NCBI GenBank assembly: GCA_964188305.1
Contig: OZ076889.1
Length of the DNA: 64,000 nucleotides
Source: Podarcis bocagei
Lineage: Eukaryota
Direction: 5' to 3' (one strand)
The position numbers and the translations under genes are program-made. The notes under the pieces are model-generated. The model was not told where the DNA came from. It was given only the letters and a program-made list of their open reading frames with translations, and searched no databases. Shown in pieces: positions 1 through 10,783 of this stretch (positions within the stretch are counted from its first letter, which is position 1; every line of letters begins with the position of its first letter).

Positions 1-214
1 ACACATCATGATGTAGTGAATAAGCTTCTCATTTCTCCTGCATTCCTCTTGTTGGATGTTGAAAGGTCTGAAATGTGGGGGGATTTTTGGTGTGTGTGTG
101 TAATAAATGCTAGGCATGATAGAAAAGCCCATTTTAATATCACACTCACTAGGCATTATACAGATTTAATTAGGACATGCTAGGTGCAAAAACAGTTTTC
201 AGCTTGCACTTAGA

Positions 215-510
215 ATTGCTGGAAGAAAGATGTAGCGATGGCCACCAACATAGATGGCTTTGGGAAGAGATACATTCATTGAGGATAATGCTATAAAAAG
301 CTACTAGCTACAATGATAGCAGTGCTTTACCTCCACCCCAGAACACCACTTGATGAAGATGACAGGAAGCAGATTGCTATTCTGCTCGTGTCCTACTTGT
401 CAGCTTCCAATCCAATGGGCATCTGGTTGGCTACTGTGGGAAGAGAATGTGAGAATAGAGACTAGATAGACCTTTGGTATGGGTCCAGAAGGACTCTTCT
501 TGTGTTTTTA
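215..510 (+). mobile_element. Degraded CR1-clade LINE 3' end (second family)
   Basis: ATGGCCACCAAC.TAGATGGCTTT...GGCATCTGGTTGGCTACTGTGGGAA...ACTAGAT...CTCTTCTT.TGTT. A related copy lies at ~63040-63150. Confidence 0.6.
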
Positions 511-766
511 GATAACGTGACAACAGAATCCCAAAATTAGGTGCTGCACAGAATGTTACATAAAATTAGGAATGACAAACACTGCCCACAGACTTGTAAT
601 ATATTTTATTTATTTATTTAGCGGGTCTTTTTAAAAAAACTTTGCTTTTCTTCAAAGCTGCAAACATAGCATATGTGGTAACAATGCAAAACATAGTTTA
701 AAACTTTAAACAGTTGGTGAAGAGGAAGAAAGAAAAAGTCAACAAATGAAGACCGAGAGATGGGTA

Positions 767-770
<4 letters not shown>

Positions 771-830
<60 letters not shown>
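771..830. repeat. (TAA)20 microsatellite attached to an L2-like 3' terminus
   Basis: Perfect triplet array followed by TTTATTTATACCCTGCCCTCCCC...GGCTCAGGG (831-875). Confidence 0.95.
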
Positions 831-831
<1 letters not shown>

Positions 832-1474
832 TTTTATTTATACCCTGCCCTCCCCAGCCAAGGCCAGGCTCAGGGATATGGGAAAATAGATAGGCACTAA
901 TCATGTGACAACAATTTTAAAACTTTTCACCTAGCTGTCCCCATTACATGGAGATCTGTTGTCTCAATCCGTGCAATGAAAAAAGCATAACTACATTCCA
1001 GGAAATACTTGCGTCTGCATTTTAAAAAATGCAGACTTCTATTTCCCTGCTGGTCCTGCTCAGAAACTAGCTCCTTTCTGCTGTACTTCAAGAGCATTAA
1101 ACATTCAGAGCCATATATATATCCTTCAAGGCTGTCACTGGTGCGGCTAGCAAGAACTTGATCTGGTGGTTTTTAAGGAAAGAACTTGAATGAAATATAT
1201 ATATATATTTCAACTTGCTATTTCCCCTGCCTTACCTTTTTCTTATGCTGCTACAAGGAGCCGGTGGCCTATATTAAACACATACAAGTACATTTCTTGT
1301 CCTCAAGTAAAAATCACAGTTGAAGCATTTTTGTATAAAGACAATTTGTTCACAGCCAAGATGGGTGTTCAATACGGAGGACATATATCATATAAATAAT
1401 ACCAATGTTGCAAGATGCAAGGCAATGGCCTACTAAAAACAGACTGGATCAGGAGGTTAGCTTTTATTATATAT

Positions 1475-1797
1475 TAAAGGTAAAGATACCCTTGACTGTT
1501 AAGTCCAGTCGCGAACGACTCTGGGGTTGCGGTGCTCATCTCACTTTATTGGCCGAAGGAGCCGGTGTACAGCTTCCGGGCCAGCATGAATAAGCCGCTT
1601 CTGGCGAACCAGAGCAGCGCACGGAAATGCCATTTACCTTCCCGCCAGAACGGTACCTATTTATCTACTTGCACTTTGGTGTGGACATTTCGACACGAGC
1701 AACAGGAGTTCACCCCGTTGCGGGGATTCGAACCACCGACCTTCCGATCGGCAAGCCCTAGGTTCAGTGGTTTAGACCACAGTGCCACCCGCGTCCC
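1475..1797 (-). mobile_element. Sauria SINE (tRNA-derived head, ACCTTT-type tail)
   Basis: Minus strand starts GGGACGCGGGTGGCACTGTGGTCTAAACC (A box), with B box GGTTCGAATCCC at 1723-1734. It ends ...CTTTACCTTTA. Probable TSD TTATTATA at 1464-1471 and 1800-1807. Confidence 0.92.
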
Positions 1798-3225
1798 ACT
1801 TATTATAGCAAATAGCAAATAGTAATTTTACATGCAGTGCATATTCAGAAGTTCAGAAAACAATCAGAAGTGCAGGAAAATAATAATAACCCAGTAGTCC
1901 ACTGCTATCCATATGTCCTGATTTATTTACAGGTTCTTAGTCTGAAAGTGTCACTGCCATCACCAGAAGCACTTTTCCTGAGCAGGCATTCCTGAGATCT
2001 CAGTTGCTTTCCATCATTTGATGGCTCCACAGGTGCCTCTAGGCAACAACTCTGTTTTCCTCCATGTCTCTCCCTGCTTGGTAACCTTTCAGCACTGAGC
2101 ACAGCAGAGCGCCTCAAGCAATGAGTCTCAAAATGATGTCACAGGGAACAAAAACAGCAACTTTTCACCATCCACGTTACGTGTCATAAACAGCCTCCAA
2201 AGCCCAAGGTTCAATCTTCCTACTGCCACCCGCAATCACATTAATACAGTACATTCTCAGTGACAAAGAGGCTTCCTAGTTGCTTCTGTCCATCTCCTCT
2301 TCTTAGCCAATCGTAAAAATCACTAGCAGCCCCTTGTCTCCAGGGAGGGAAAACCACTTACAAAAGAAAACAAATAAGCAACTATGTCTTGAAGAAAAGG
2401 CTTGGGATAATATGTGTGTGTGTTTTCTTTGAATTTAATTTGGTACAATGATGCTCCAGTCAAAATAAAGATTTCATGTTTGCTAGCTGAACAAAGGATT
2501 AAGAGACACGAGAGTTCCCTGCAAATTCCTAGAGGGCACTCTGTGAGGTCACATCCCCTGTTTGCACAGGGCAGGAAGAGAACAATAGGGAAAAAAACTT
2601 ACTACTTCCTTCCTGTCCAGAGCTCATTCTCTTTTACATCTTTCAGCTGTGGAGAAAGGGTGTAGTCTGTGCTCTATTGAGCACAGGCACCATATTCAAA
2701 TGTGTGTTTTGTAACCTAGAAGTCTATTTTGCCTGACTTACTTGACTGCCATTTTCTGCTTGAATCAAGTCTGCAGTGTTATGTAAGCAAACAACATTTT
2801 AATGTTTACATTACAGACTACTGTACTGTGTTGTTATCATTTAAGTTTGGAGCTGCAGGTTTCAAAATCCTGTCTTTATGAATGATTTATTTTACTTTGC
2901 TCAACTGGGTTCTGCAAAAAACCCTCTTCCCCTTCAGCCAAACCCAAGAACTTACCCAGTGGAGGAGGCTACAGTGAGTATTTCCAGCATCCCAACAGAG
3001 TAACTTTTTTTTTCTACCAGGGACTACACGCCCCATAATTTCTGGCTGAAAACTGATGCTAGGCTCATCATTTTTGCCACAGATTCTGGAGCCAATTGCC
3101 CTAGGCCTCTGCAGGAAGAAACACTTAACAGGGAGCAATTCCCATGGACATAAAGTGGGGCTTACTTCTGAGTAATGTACAAGCTAATACACCGCAATGT
3201 TTCATTGTCCACTGTTTCTTTGCAG

Positions 3226-3322
3226 AGGAGGAGGATAGAGAACCAGAACAGAAGAGGGTACCACACAACTTTTCTCCCAGCGAAGCAGCAACTGCGGCAG
3301 CTGAGACCCCTTCTGAATCAAG
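3226..3322 (+). other. Candidate internal exon (97 bp), gene unknown
   Basis: Acceptor TGTTTCTTTGCAG and donor AAG|GTAAGA. Purine-rich body, with two reading frames open across it. Confidence 0.35.
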
Positions 3323-3470
3323 GTAAGAGGCTTTAGGCCCCAGGTACATCTCCGCTGCTTAAGTGTCTGCTCTTCCTTTTTCAAGTGAAAAAGACGGGGA
3401 CCTCCTAGACACTACCTACGTGACCTAGGTGTCCCATCAGTTCAATTTTAATTTTATTATGGATTTATTT

Positions 3471-3733
3471 TGTTAAGTTGTGGGTGAACATATCAGACGA
3501 CACAGCGATTCTTCAAACAGCTCTTGTTTATTCACAGGCCAGGATAGAACTGAACTGAACTGAAGGGTTCAGCCAGCCTGCTTGTATAGAGCTCCACTAG
3601 AACGCAACAGTAACCATTTTCTGTAACTATCCAATCACTGAACGTCACTTTCGATCCCTTATTTGCATATGTGGACCTGAACTATCTACAGTATCCCCCT
3701 GCTGGCCCAGGGTGAGAACTTCAGTACATAACA
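3471..3733 (-). mobile_element. Solo LTR of an LTR retrotransposon (263 bp; superfamily not determined, Gypsy plausible)
   Basis: Termini TGTTA...TAACA flanked by a perfect 5-bp TSD TATTT (3466-3470, 3734-3738). The minus strand has, in order, CCAAT, TATA-like TATACAA (3582-3588) and AATAAA (3527-3532). Confidence 0.88.
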
Positions 3734-6700
3734 TATTTTTTAAATGTTTATATTGTCCTTCATCCGTAGATCTCAGGGCAGTTGTCAAGTCTAGGTTCCT
3801 GGTGGCGCCATTGATTGCAAAGGATTGCGTTTGCCCAAATGACCTATATGGGCTTTCAAATGGGTCAAATGTATAATCTTCCCAGAAAACATGTGAAGAG
3901 GTTGTATTTTCCCCCGTTTTTCTTCAACCTGCCTCTACTTTATCAAAGCAGAACCAATGACATTTATGTTTTGACGCTCAGACCTACAGAAGCTCCCTGT
4001 AGAAACTGCTGGCACAGTTGACATCATCAGAGCCCCAATGATTTCTGACATAATGCATGAGATACCTTTCAGTAAACTTGTGCATGGTGGGGAATCCATA
4101 AATCCAAATTCAATTAAGTCATTTTTATGCTGCACATATTCACCATACAGTACATATCCAGCTCTTTTATCTTGTGAAGGGAAAGGTAGAGGCAGGAGAG
4201 ACAACAGAACCACAACACTTATAAAAATGACTTGCTTACAGTCACTCAGTAATTATTATTCTAGCATTGCCCTAATACATTGTCCTACAAATGCCAAGGC
4301 AGGGAGATAAGCGTTTGCCTGTTGAAGGTGAAGAGCTCTGTTCTGTCTTTAGACATTTGGAGCTAAATCACTGCTATTTTCCCCCAGTGTGGGATTGTAC
4401 TGGAGACACACTGTTGCTATGCCCTTCCCAGCCCCCACCTCGCCTACTACATACAAGTCCTTTCTTTTTAAGGGCATTTCCCCATTATTTCAATCATTTA
4501 TATCTTTGAATGCCTGACATTTTACAGTGCCCAAACCCCACGTTTCAGTGGGCATCAGTAAATCATCCCCCAACGCTGTGTCTTCCTTATACACTCTTCC
4601 ATACATAACATCAATCATTTTACCATTTCATAGGAATAAAAAAAGAAAGAATGTTTTCTTAACTGTGTCTTGCTTTATTGGCCACATTACGTAAACAGGA
4701 TGATTTATGAAGCAGGAAAAGGAAAGAAGGTGGTGTTTGCTCTTATGCGTTCTTCTCCCATCTGTGATTTTTGTTGTGTCTTTAGGCTTCATGGAAGCAT
4801 CCTTGCACTAAGTTAGTATAGGGGCATGTGCAAATGTCTATACCCCCCCTTTAAGCTTTCTGAATGTTTGTAAAATGACTGTGCCTGCTTTTTGCTATGA
4901 TACAGTGCAGATAACCTGACTGTTGTACAATATTTGCTGCTTTAGGCCATTGATAAGAATGGGCATAGTATGGGTTTCCTATACAAGTTGTGTCTTTGTC
5001 ATGGAAACCAAGTTAACAGACATTAAGCATACCCTTGCCTCTCCTCTCTACCCCACTTTCTCTTTCTCTCTCACACACACATTCACAGTTGCTATGGTGG
5101 CACAAGATGAATGATCTTCCCTGCAGTTTCATTGATGACATACAGCCCTGTAATGAACTGTCAGTTCTTTTGTAGGGTTGACTTTTGGGGATTCGTAGCT
5201 TCTACTGATCCAAGGCCAGCGAGTGTTTTCCACTTTTCTTTAATGAACTGTGGCTTCTGAAAACAACAACACACCAACCAGTGTTTGTGGGCAGATAGAG
5301 AACCAAGCTAAAGCACATTATTTTTAACTAAGCTAGAGACCTAGTAGGCTAGACAGTGAAAACAAAGGTGGACAGGAGCAGAAATAAGTTGGGTAACAAC
5401 TTATTTTAGTATTTTTATTTGGGTGCCTGATATCTGTGTTTGTTGTTCAGCATTCGGACAAACAAAGAAAAGAATGCTGCTTTCACACTGTCCCTTCCTT
5501 CCTGTCTCTTTACTGCAACTACTGCCCTCTAAACTAATTTCTTCTGCTGTGGTGTGCCTCTGCTTGCCATTGGCTTAAATTTGGTAGCTGGCCATTTTGG
5601 AACCTACTCTTTGCATGCACCAGACACAGTAGAATTCTCAAAATGGTGGCTGACAGGCACCAATGGTGCACAGCAGTAGGGGAAAAAAGATACAAGAAAC
5701 AGCATGGCATTGTTGACCCAGGCAATTGTGAAACCGTGGGTTGGAATCCACTACTACAGCAACAGCATGGGAAGCTCAAATCTGAAATTATGAAGCCTTC
5801 TGCATGAGGCTAAAGCTTCAAGGAAAACACTATTGGAAGAATTCCATCTTGTTTATCCATGCGCTGTACAGTAGTAAAAACTAGCTATCATGAAGACCCC
5901 CCCCCCCCAAATAAAATCTGGGCTTCCTCTGCCTTGAAATCCTACATTCTTAGAGTAGAAAATTAGGCAGGATATTAACACTTTCCGTGCTTATTTTGTG
6001 TATAATTAAATATTCAAAGTTATGGACAAGTAATCTTGAAGAATTAGACTTCCCTAGCTGCCTGTGGCCCCTGTAGGGCTGAGAGTATTTCATAATGAAG
6101 AGGCGTACTGGGGAGTAATGAATAGAGGTATTGTGTAGAATGGGGGGAACCTGGCAAACAACTGCATGCCTACGCTATAAGGTTACAAAGAGACAGTGGA
6201 GAATGGGACTTGGCTCACGCTCAGGTAGAGCTTTCCTTTTCCTTTTCCTTTTCATTAAAGTTCTTTGTTGATAACTTCTGCATTCACATGTATTTGAAAA
6301 AAGCGTCATATCAAGGACTCTGCATCTTTGCAAGGAAAACAATATACCAGGAAGCATTTCAAAACACAGGCAGCATCTTCTGCAGAAGCTTGTTTAGAAA
6401 ATAGGTTTGGCTAAACAAAAGCCTTGGAAATAACATAATCAGCACTGCCCCTGTTTGGGCGCATGGGCCGAGGGAGGAACAATTTGTCAAAGATACATGC
6501 TTGTAATGTTCAAAGAAACAATTTTCTAGCGCAGTGTTATCTCTTGCAACTCCTCTTTTCTATCAATTGTTTGCTATACGTTTTTGTTCAAGAGAAAAAT
6601 TAGGCACGCTCTGGAGTGTTTGCTTGGTCTGGAATTTCCCCCCTGTGCCAAGCTGTTTAATTTATGATGCCCTTCCATAAGAAAAAGCATCTTGGAGACA

Positions 6701-8151
6701 CTGTACACACTGTAGCAGAATATCTAATTTATTTATCCTCCAACCAAGGCCCTGGGTCAGCCTTCCCCAACCTGGTGCCGTCTGGATGTTGCTGAATTTC
6801 AGCCCCTGCCCGCCCGCCAGTACTAGCCATTAGGGATGATATTATTATTATGGTTGTTGTTGTTGTTAATCTCCTTCCACATATATGCCCAAGATGATTT
6901 ACAAACATATTCTGAAAAAAAGATGAAATAATGTTTAGAACTGTATAAAAACAATGGAATATGGGTTTAAAAACAACACAAAACAGACACCTAAGGCAGA
7001 GAGACCTTTTCATCTAGCTGGAAAAGTTTGTCGAAACAAAAACGACTCCAATTGTTTCCAGAAACTACAGATCGTGAATAGACAGTACAGCAGTGTCCGA
7101 AGGCAACCAGGATGGGGAAAACTGTGCATGCATTATTTAATTGTTGCAGTCACTCGACTCGTTGATTAAGGTTGGATATGTGGATTCCTACACCAGTGTT
7201 AACTAGGGCTCTAACCTGTGAAATGGCTTTGGGCGCCGAGAGAAATGTTCTGAACATGTCTCTGGACGTTTCTTCATCCAGGCAGTGGCTGGGATACAAA
7301 GAGCTCCTTCAGGCATGTGCATGCCCAGTGGGATTTCCCCTTTGAATGGCAGTCTGCTGTGCCACATCACAAATGTTTTTTAAACTCCCTTCAGTTTTCC
7401 TCACGCAGCATGGAGGGCTAATGGTAAAAAAAAACAAAAAAAAACATATTTTTTTTCTAAAAGGAAAAGGAAAAGTACAGTTGTATCAACCCACATGTAC
7501 AACTTACAAAAAAAAGCAGCTGACAAAAACAAAACAAAACAAAACATTGGGTTGTATCCAAAGGTGCTTTTCGACCCATTGAAAAGCTGCTTTGGATTTA
7601 GTGGAGAAATCTAGGAAGTCCCTCTGTTTGTGCAACCTCTTGTGTGAGACACTGCACTTTTGAATGGGCAACCAGTATGAAAACGAGAGACACAAAGAAA
7701 AACCTTAGCTCTAGCCTCTTTTTCCCCATGCTGCACATAATTTAAAAAAAATTATTTATTTATTTTCATTTTTATACTTCCCTTCATCCTTCGATCTTAT
7801 ATTGTAAAAATACAATATAAAAACACAAAATACATAATAAAAATAAGAACCAAACCAATAATCCCCCTCTCCCACAACACATCTATCGTGTCACTTCTTA
7901 CTTGCCCCAAATCTCCTTGCGATTCAGTGTACATGCAAAACTGACCACCCCCAATATCTATTACTCTCCTAAAATTGTAACTCACCGTGCAGTCTTATTC
8001 ATGTCTGCTCAGAGGTAAGTCCTAATGGTTAACATCTTACTTAGTTCTGTGTGGCTTACTTCCAGATAAGTGGGTACAGGATTACAGTCTTTGTTTCCTA
8101 GCTGGAAGAAATTTGTCCTGATCTATATGTGGATGTCCAGATATTATGGAA

Positions 8152-8212
8152 TAACAGAATCATAGAATTGTAGAGTTGGAAGGGACCCCCGAGGACCATT
8201 GAATCCAACCAC
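8152..8212 (-). mobile_element. CR1 3' terminal remnant
   Basis: AGAATCATAGAATTGTAGAGTTGGAAGGGACC...AATCCAACC resembles the 3' end of the 13.9 kb CR1. Confidence 0.7.
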
Positions 8213-9059
8213 CTTTTAACCACAATGATGCTAATAGTTTACAATCTGTTTTCAGTGATATTGGACAACAGCTGGCTTGCCTTTGTTGATTACAATTACT
8301 GCCTGAGTCTTGAGATCATTGTATGGGGGAAATGCTTCATTTTTTGTCATATACGGTCTTCAGAGTTTTTTTTTTAAATAGAATTTTTGCAGCATCATTG
8401 TAGAGTTGCATCCTAAGGTCCCATTCCTTCCACCAGAAAAAGGAAACCTGTGGATGCACCCCTGAATGCTTCTAGCACAGTTGCTGCTTGATTTTTTTTT
8501 GGAAATGTGGAGCTATTCTAGAAACCCGAACTTGTGATTACTTTGTTTCCTCACAACTTTCGCTTCTCTTTGTTATGTTGGTTTCTGTGTTCGGAATAGG
8601 TTTGTTTAGATGGTTTTGGTTGGCTGTAGAAGCAGGCAATCCTTCAGGCGCTCTGAAACCAAGCCATATGCATGGTTTTTCAGGAGTAGCACTTTGAGTT
8701 GTACCAGGAAATGTATTGGAAGCCATGGAGGAGCGCCATATGTTTCCATTTCACAGTCCCAGTTAGCAGTCTAGCTGCAATCTAACATACCATTCATTGC
8801 AATCATCTAACCTGGAGATGAAATAGTTCTGTAGAAACCAGGCCTTCCTTTGCAGTTGGTTGCCCAGCTATAATAGCATGCATTTAAGTCATGGACTGGT
8901 GCTAATCCAAGTATTACAGCTCAAAGTTTCCACAGTAGGTCTGAGCATGCTAGGAACACAATGACTTCCTGATCCACAGGGTATCCCTTTAGTGAGAAAC
9001 AGTTGGCTAGAACAACATGATGTTGCCAATACTGCAATGTTTTCATCTAGAAAGGAAAA

Positions 9060-9252
9060 TGTAGCTCTGTAGCTCGGCAGTAGATCACATGTTCTACATA
9101 TAAAAAGTCCCAAGTTCAATCTTTGGCTTCTCCAAGTGAGGCTGGGAAAGACTCCTGTTTGAAACCATGGCGTGTGGTTGATAGACATTATAGGCAATAC
9201 TGAATTAGATAAACCTATGGTTTAATTTGGTACAAGCTGTCTTCCTATGTTG
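9060..9252 (+). mobile_element. tRNA-derived SINE (squamate family distinct from Sauria SINE), degraded
   Basis: TGTAGCTCGGCAGTAGA (A box-like), GTTCAATC (B box-like), GGCTGGGAAAGACTCCTG body and a CTTCCTATGTT 3' end. Confidence 0.65.
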
Positions 9253-9811
9253 TAGAATCACAAAATATATTGGATAATTACAATGGGTGTAAAAAAGAGA
9301 AGTCAATAATTTACAGCTCTCCACAGGCATCTAATTGCTCTGGGGAAAAGGGAAGCACAATACATTTTTTAAAGCTTCAGTACAGTGGACAATTCACTAA
9401 GTGATAAATTACAATGCTGGGCAGTTTAATCTATGGAATACTGGTCATCTGTACATCTGCCCTCATGGTGGTGTGGAGAATCCTGTTATACCACTTAGAA
9501 TTGACCAGAAATCGGGGGTTGCCAGGAAATTCTAAGGTTTCCTTTACCATGTAGGCAAAAATTACAGACGAGCATCTCATCATGTGGTTGTTCAGGTAAA
9601 TGGTTCTATGAAATGGGGGAAAGGGTAGATAACTGCCTGAGTGCATGTAAAAGGGAAAAAGGTGCACCTATTCATCGTTGAGTTGGTGGACCTGCCCCAT
9701 TGGTGGAAAAGCACCATTTTTCTATATGGCAAGTTTCACAACCTGCTTTAAACATTTCTCACTTTTCTAAAAAGCATTTTGCAGTGTAGGATAGGTGCAG
9801 AAAGGAAGATT

Positions 9812-9906
9812 GAAAAAGAAAAGAAAAAGAAAAGAAAAGAAAAGAAAAGAAAAGAAAAGAAAAGAAAAGAAAAGAAAAGAAAAGAAAAGAAAAGAAAAGA
9901 AAAAAG
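9812..9906. repeat. (GAAAA)n pentanucleotide microsatellite
   Basis: Direct observation. Confidence 0.97.
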
Positions 9907-10744
9907 TCCCATTGTGCTCTTTTTCCTATGCCCCTCTCTGGATTGGAGCACAGTGATTTTGAAATAAATGCCAGTATTAGTCAGGGACTGTCTCCCCCTC
10001 CCATTTTTTTTAAAAAAGAAAGCTCTTTATGTAATCTAGCCTTACTGATTGATTAATAGTGTTCCCTGGGGTGAAGTCTTCAATAGGCTCTGTTTGAAAA
10101 AGAATTGTTAAAAGCTGAAGAGCCACATTATATACTTTATAGGTCAAAAACAGCACCTCAAATTGTTCTCGAAAGACAATAGGAAAATAGTGCAGAAGCT
10201 TTTGTGGGTAACAAGGCTCTGGTAACCAGGCTCCGCTAGGAGGTAGACTGCAGGATTCTGCCTCAGTTGGCAATATTCATCTCTTATTGAGAGCAATCAT
10301 GGAAGATGTGTGATGATCAATTTTACATGTGCCATTTACAGTGCTTTCGAGCCTCACTCTCATGCTGCTGTGCAAGTTTAAATGTGCTTATATTAGCTTT
10401 CTAAAATTGTTGATGGTGATACAGAAAGGAATAATTAGAATCGTATTTTATCCTTCCTGCGTGTTTTGGGTCACCTGTGAGCAAATGACGTTACCTGAAG
10501 TGCATTTTTAGTCCACCATTTGGGTGACCCATTGGGAATGGCTTCTCTAGATATTTTATCTCTCATTTCTGGAGGAAAGTGGCTCATTGGTCACAGTGAC
10601 CTAGGCCCAGATTAACATTCCTTGAGTCATACCCATTTCGATGATGGACTCTTTGTCATAGCCATTTCCTGAACCTCCCTGCTCTCTGTTAAGAAAAAGG
10701 CAAGGTAAACATGAAATGCTTCCCTCTCCTTATTGACATCTCCT

Positions 10745-10745
<1 letters not shown>

Positions 10746-10780
<35 letters not shown>
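10746..10780. repeat. (GT)n microsatellite
   Basis: Direct observation. Confidence 0.95.

Positions 10781-10783
<3 letters not shown>

Noticed and set aside
1532-1822. 96-aa ORF and tRNA-like A/B boxes
   Set aside because: They lie within the Sauria SINE. The tRNA-like part is the SINE head, not a tRNA gene.
9748-9967. ORFs with KEKKR / FFSFL repeats
   Set aside because: Translation artefacts of the (GAAAA)n microsatellite.
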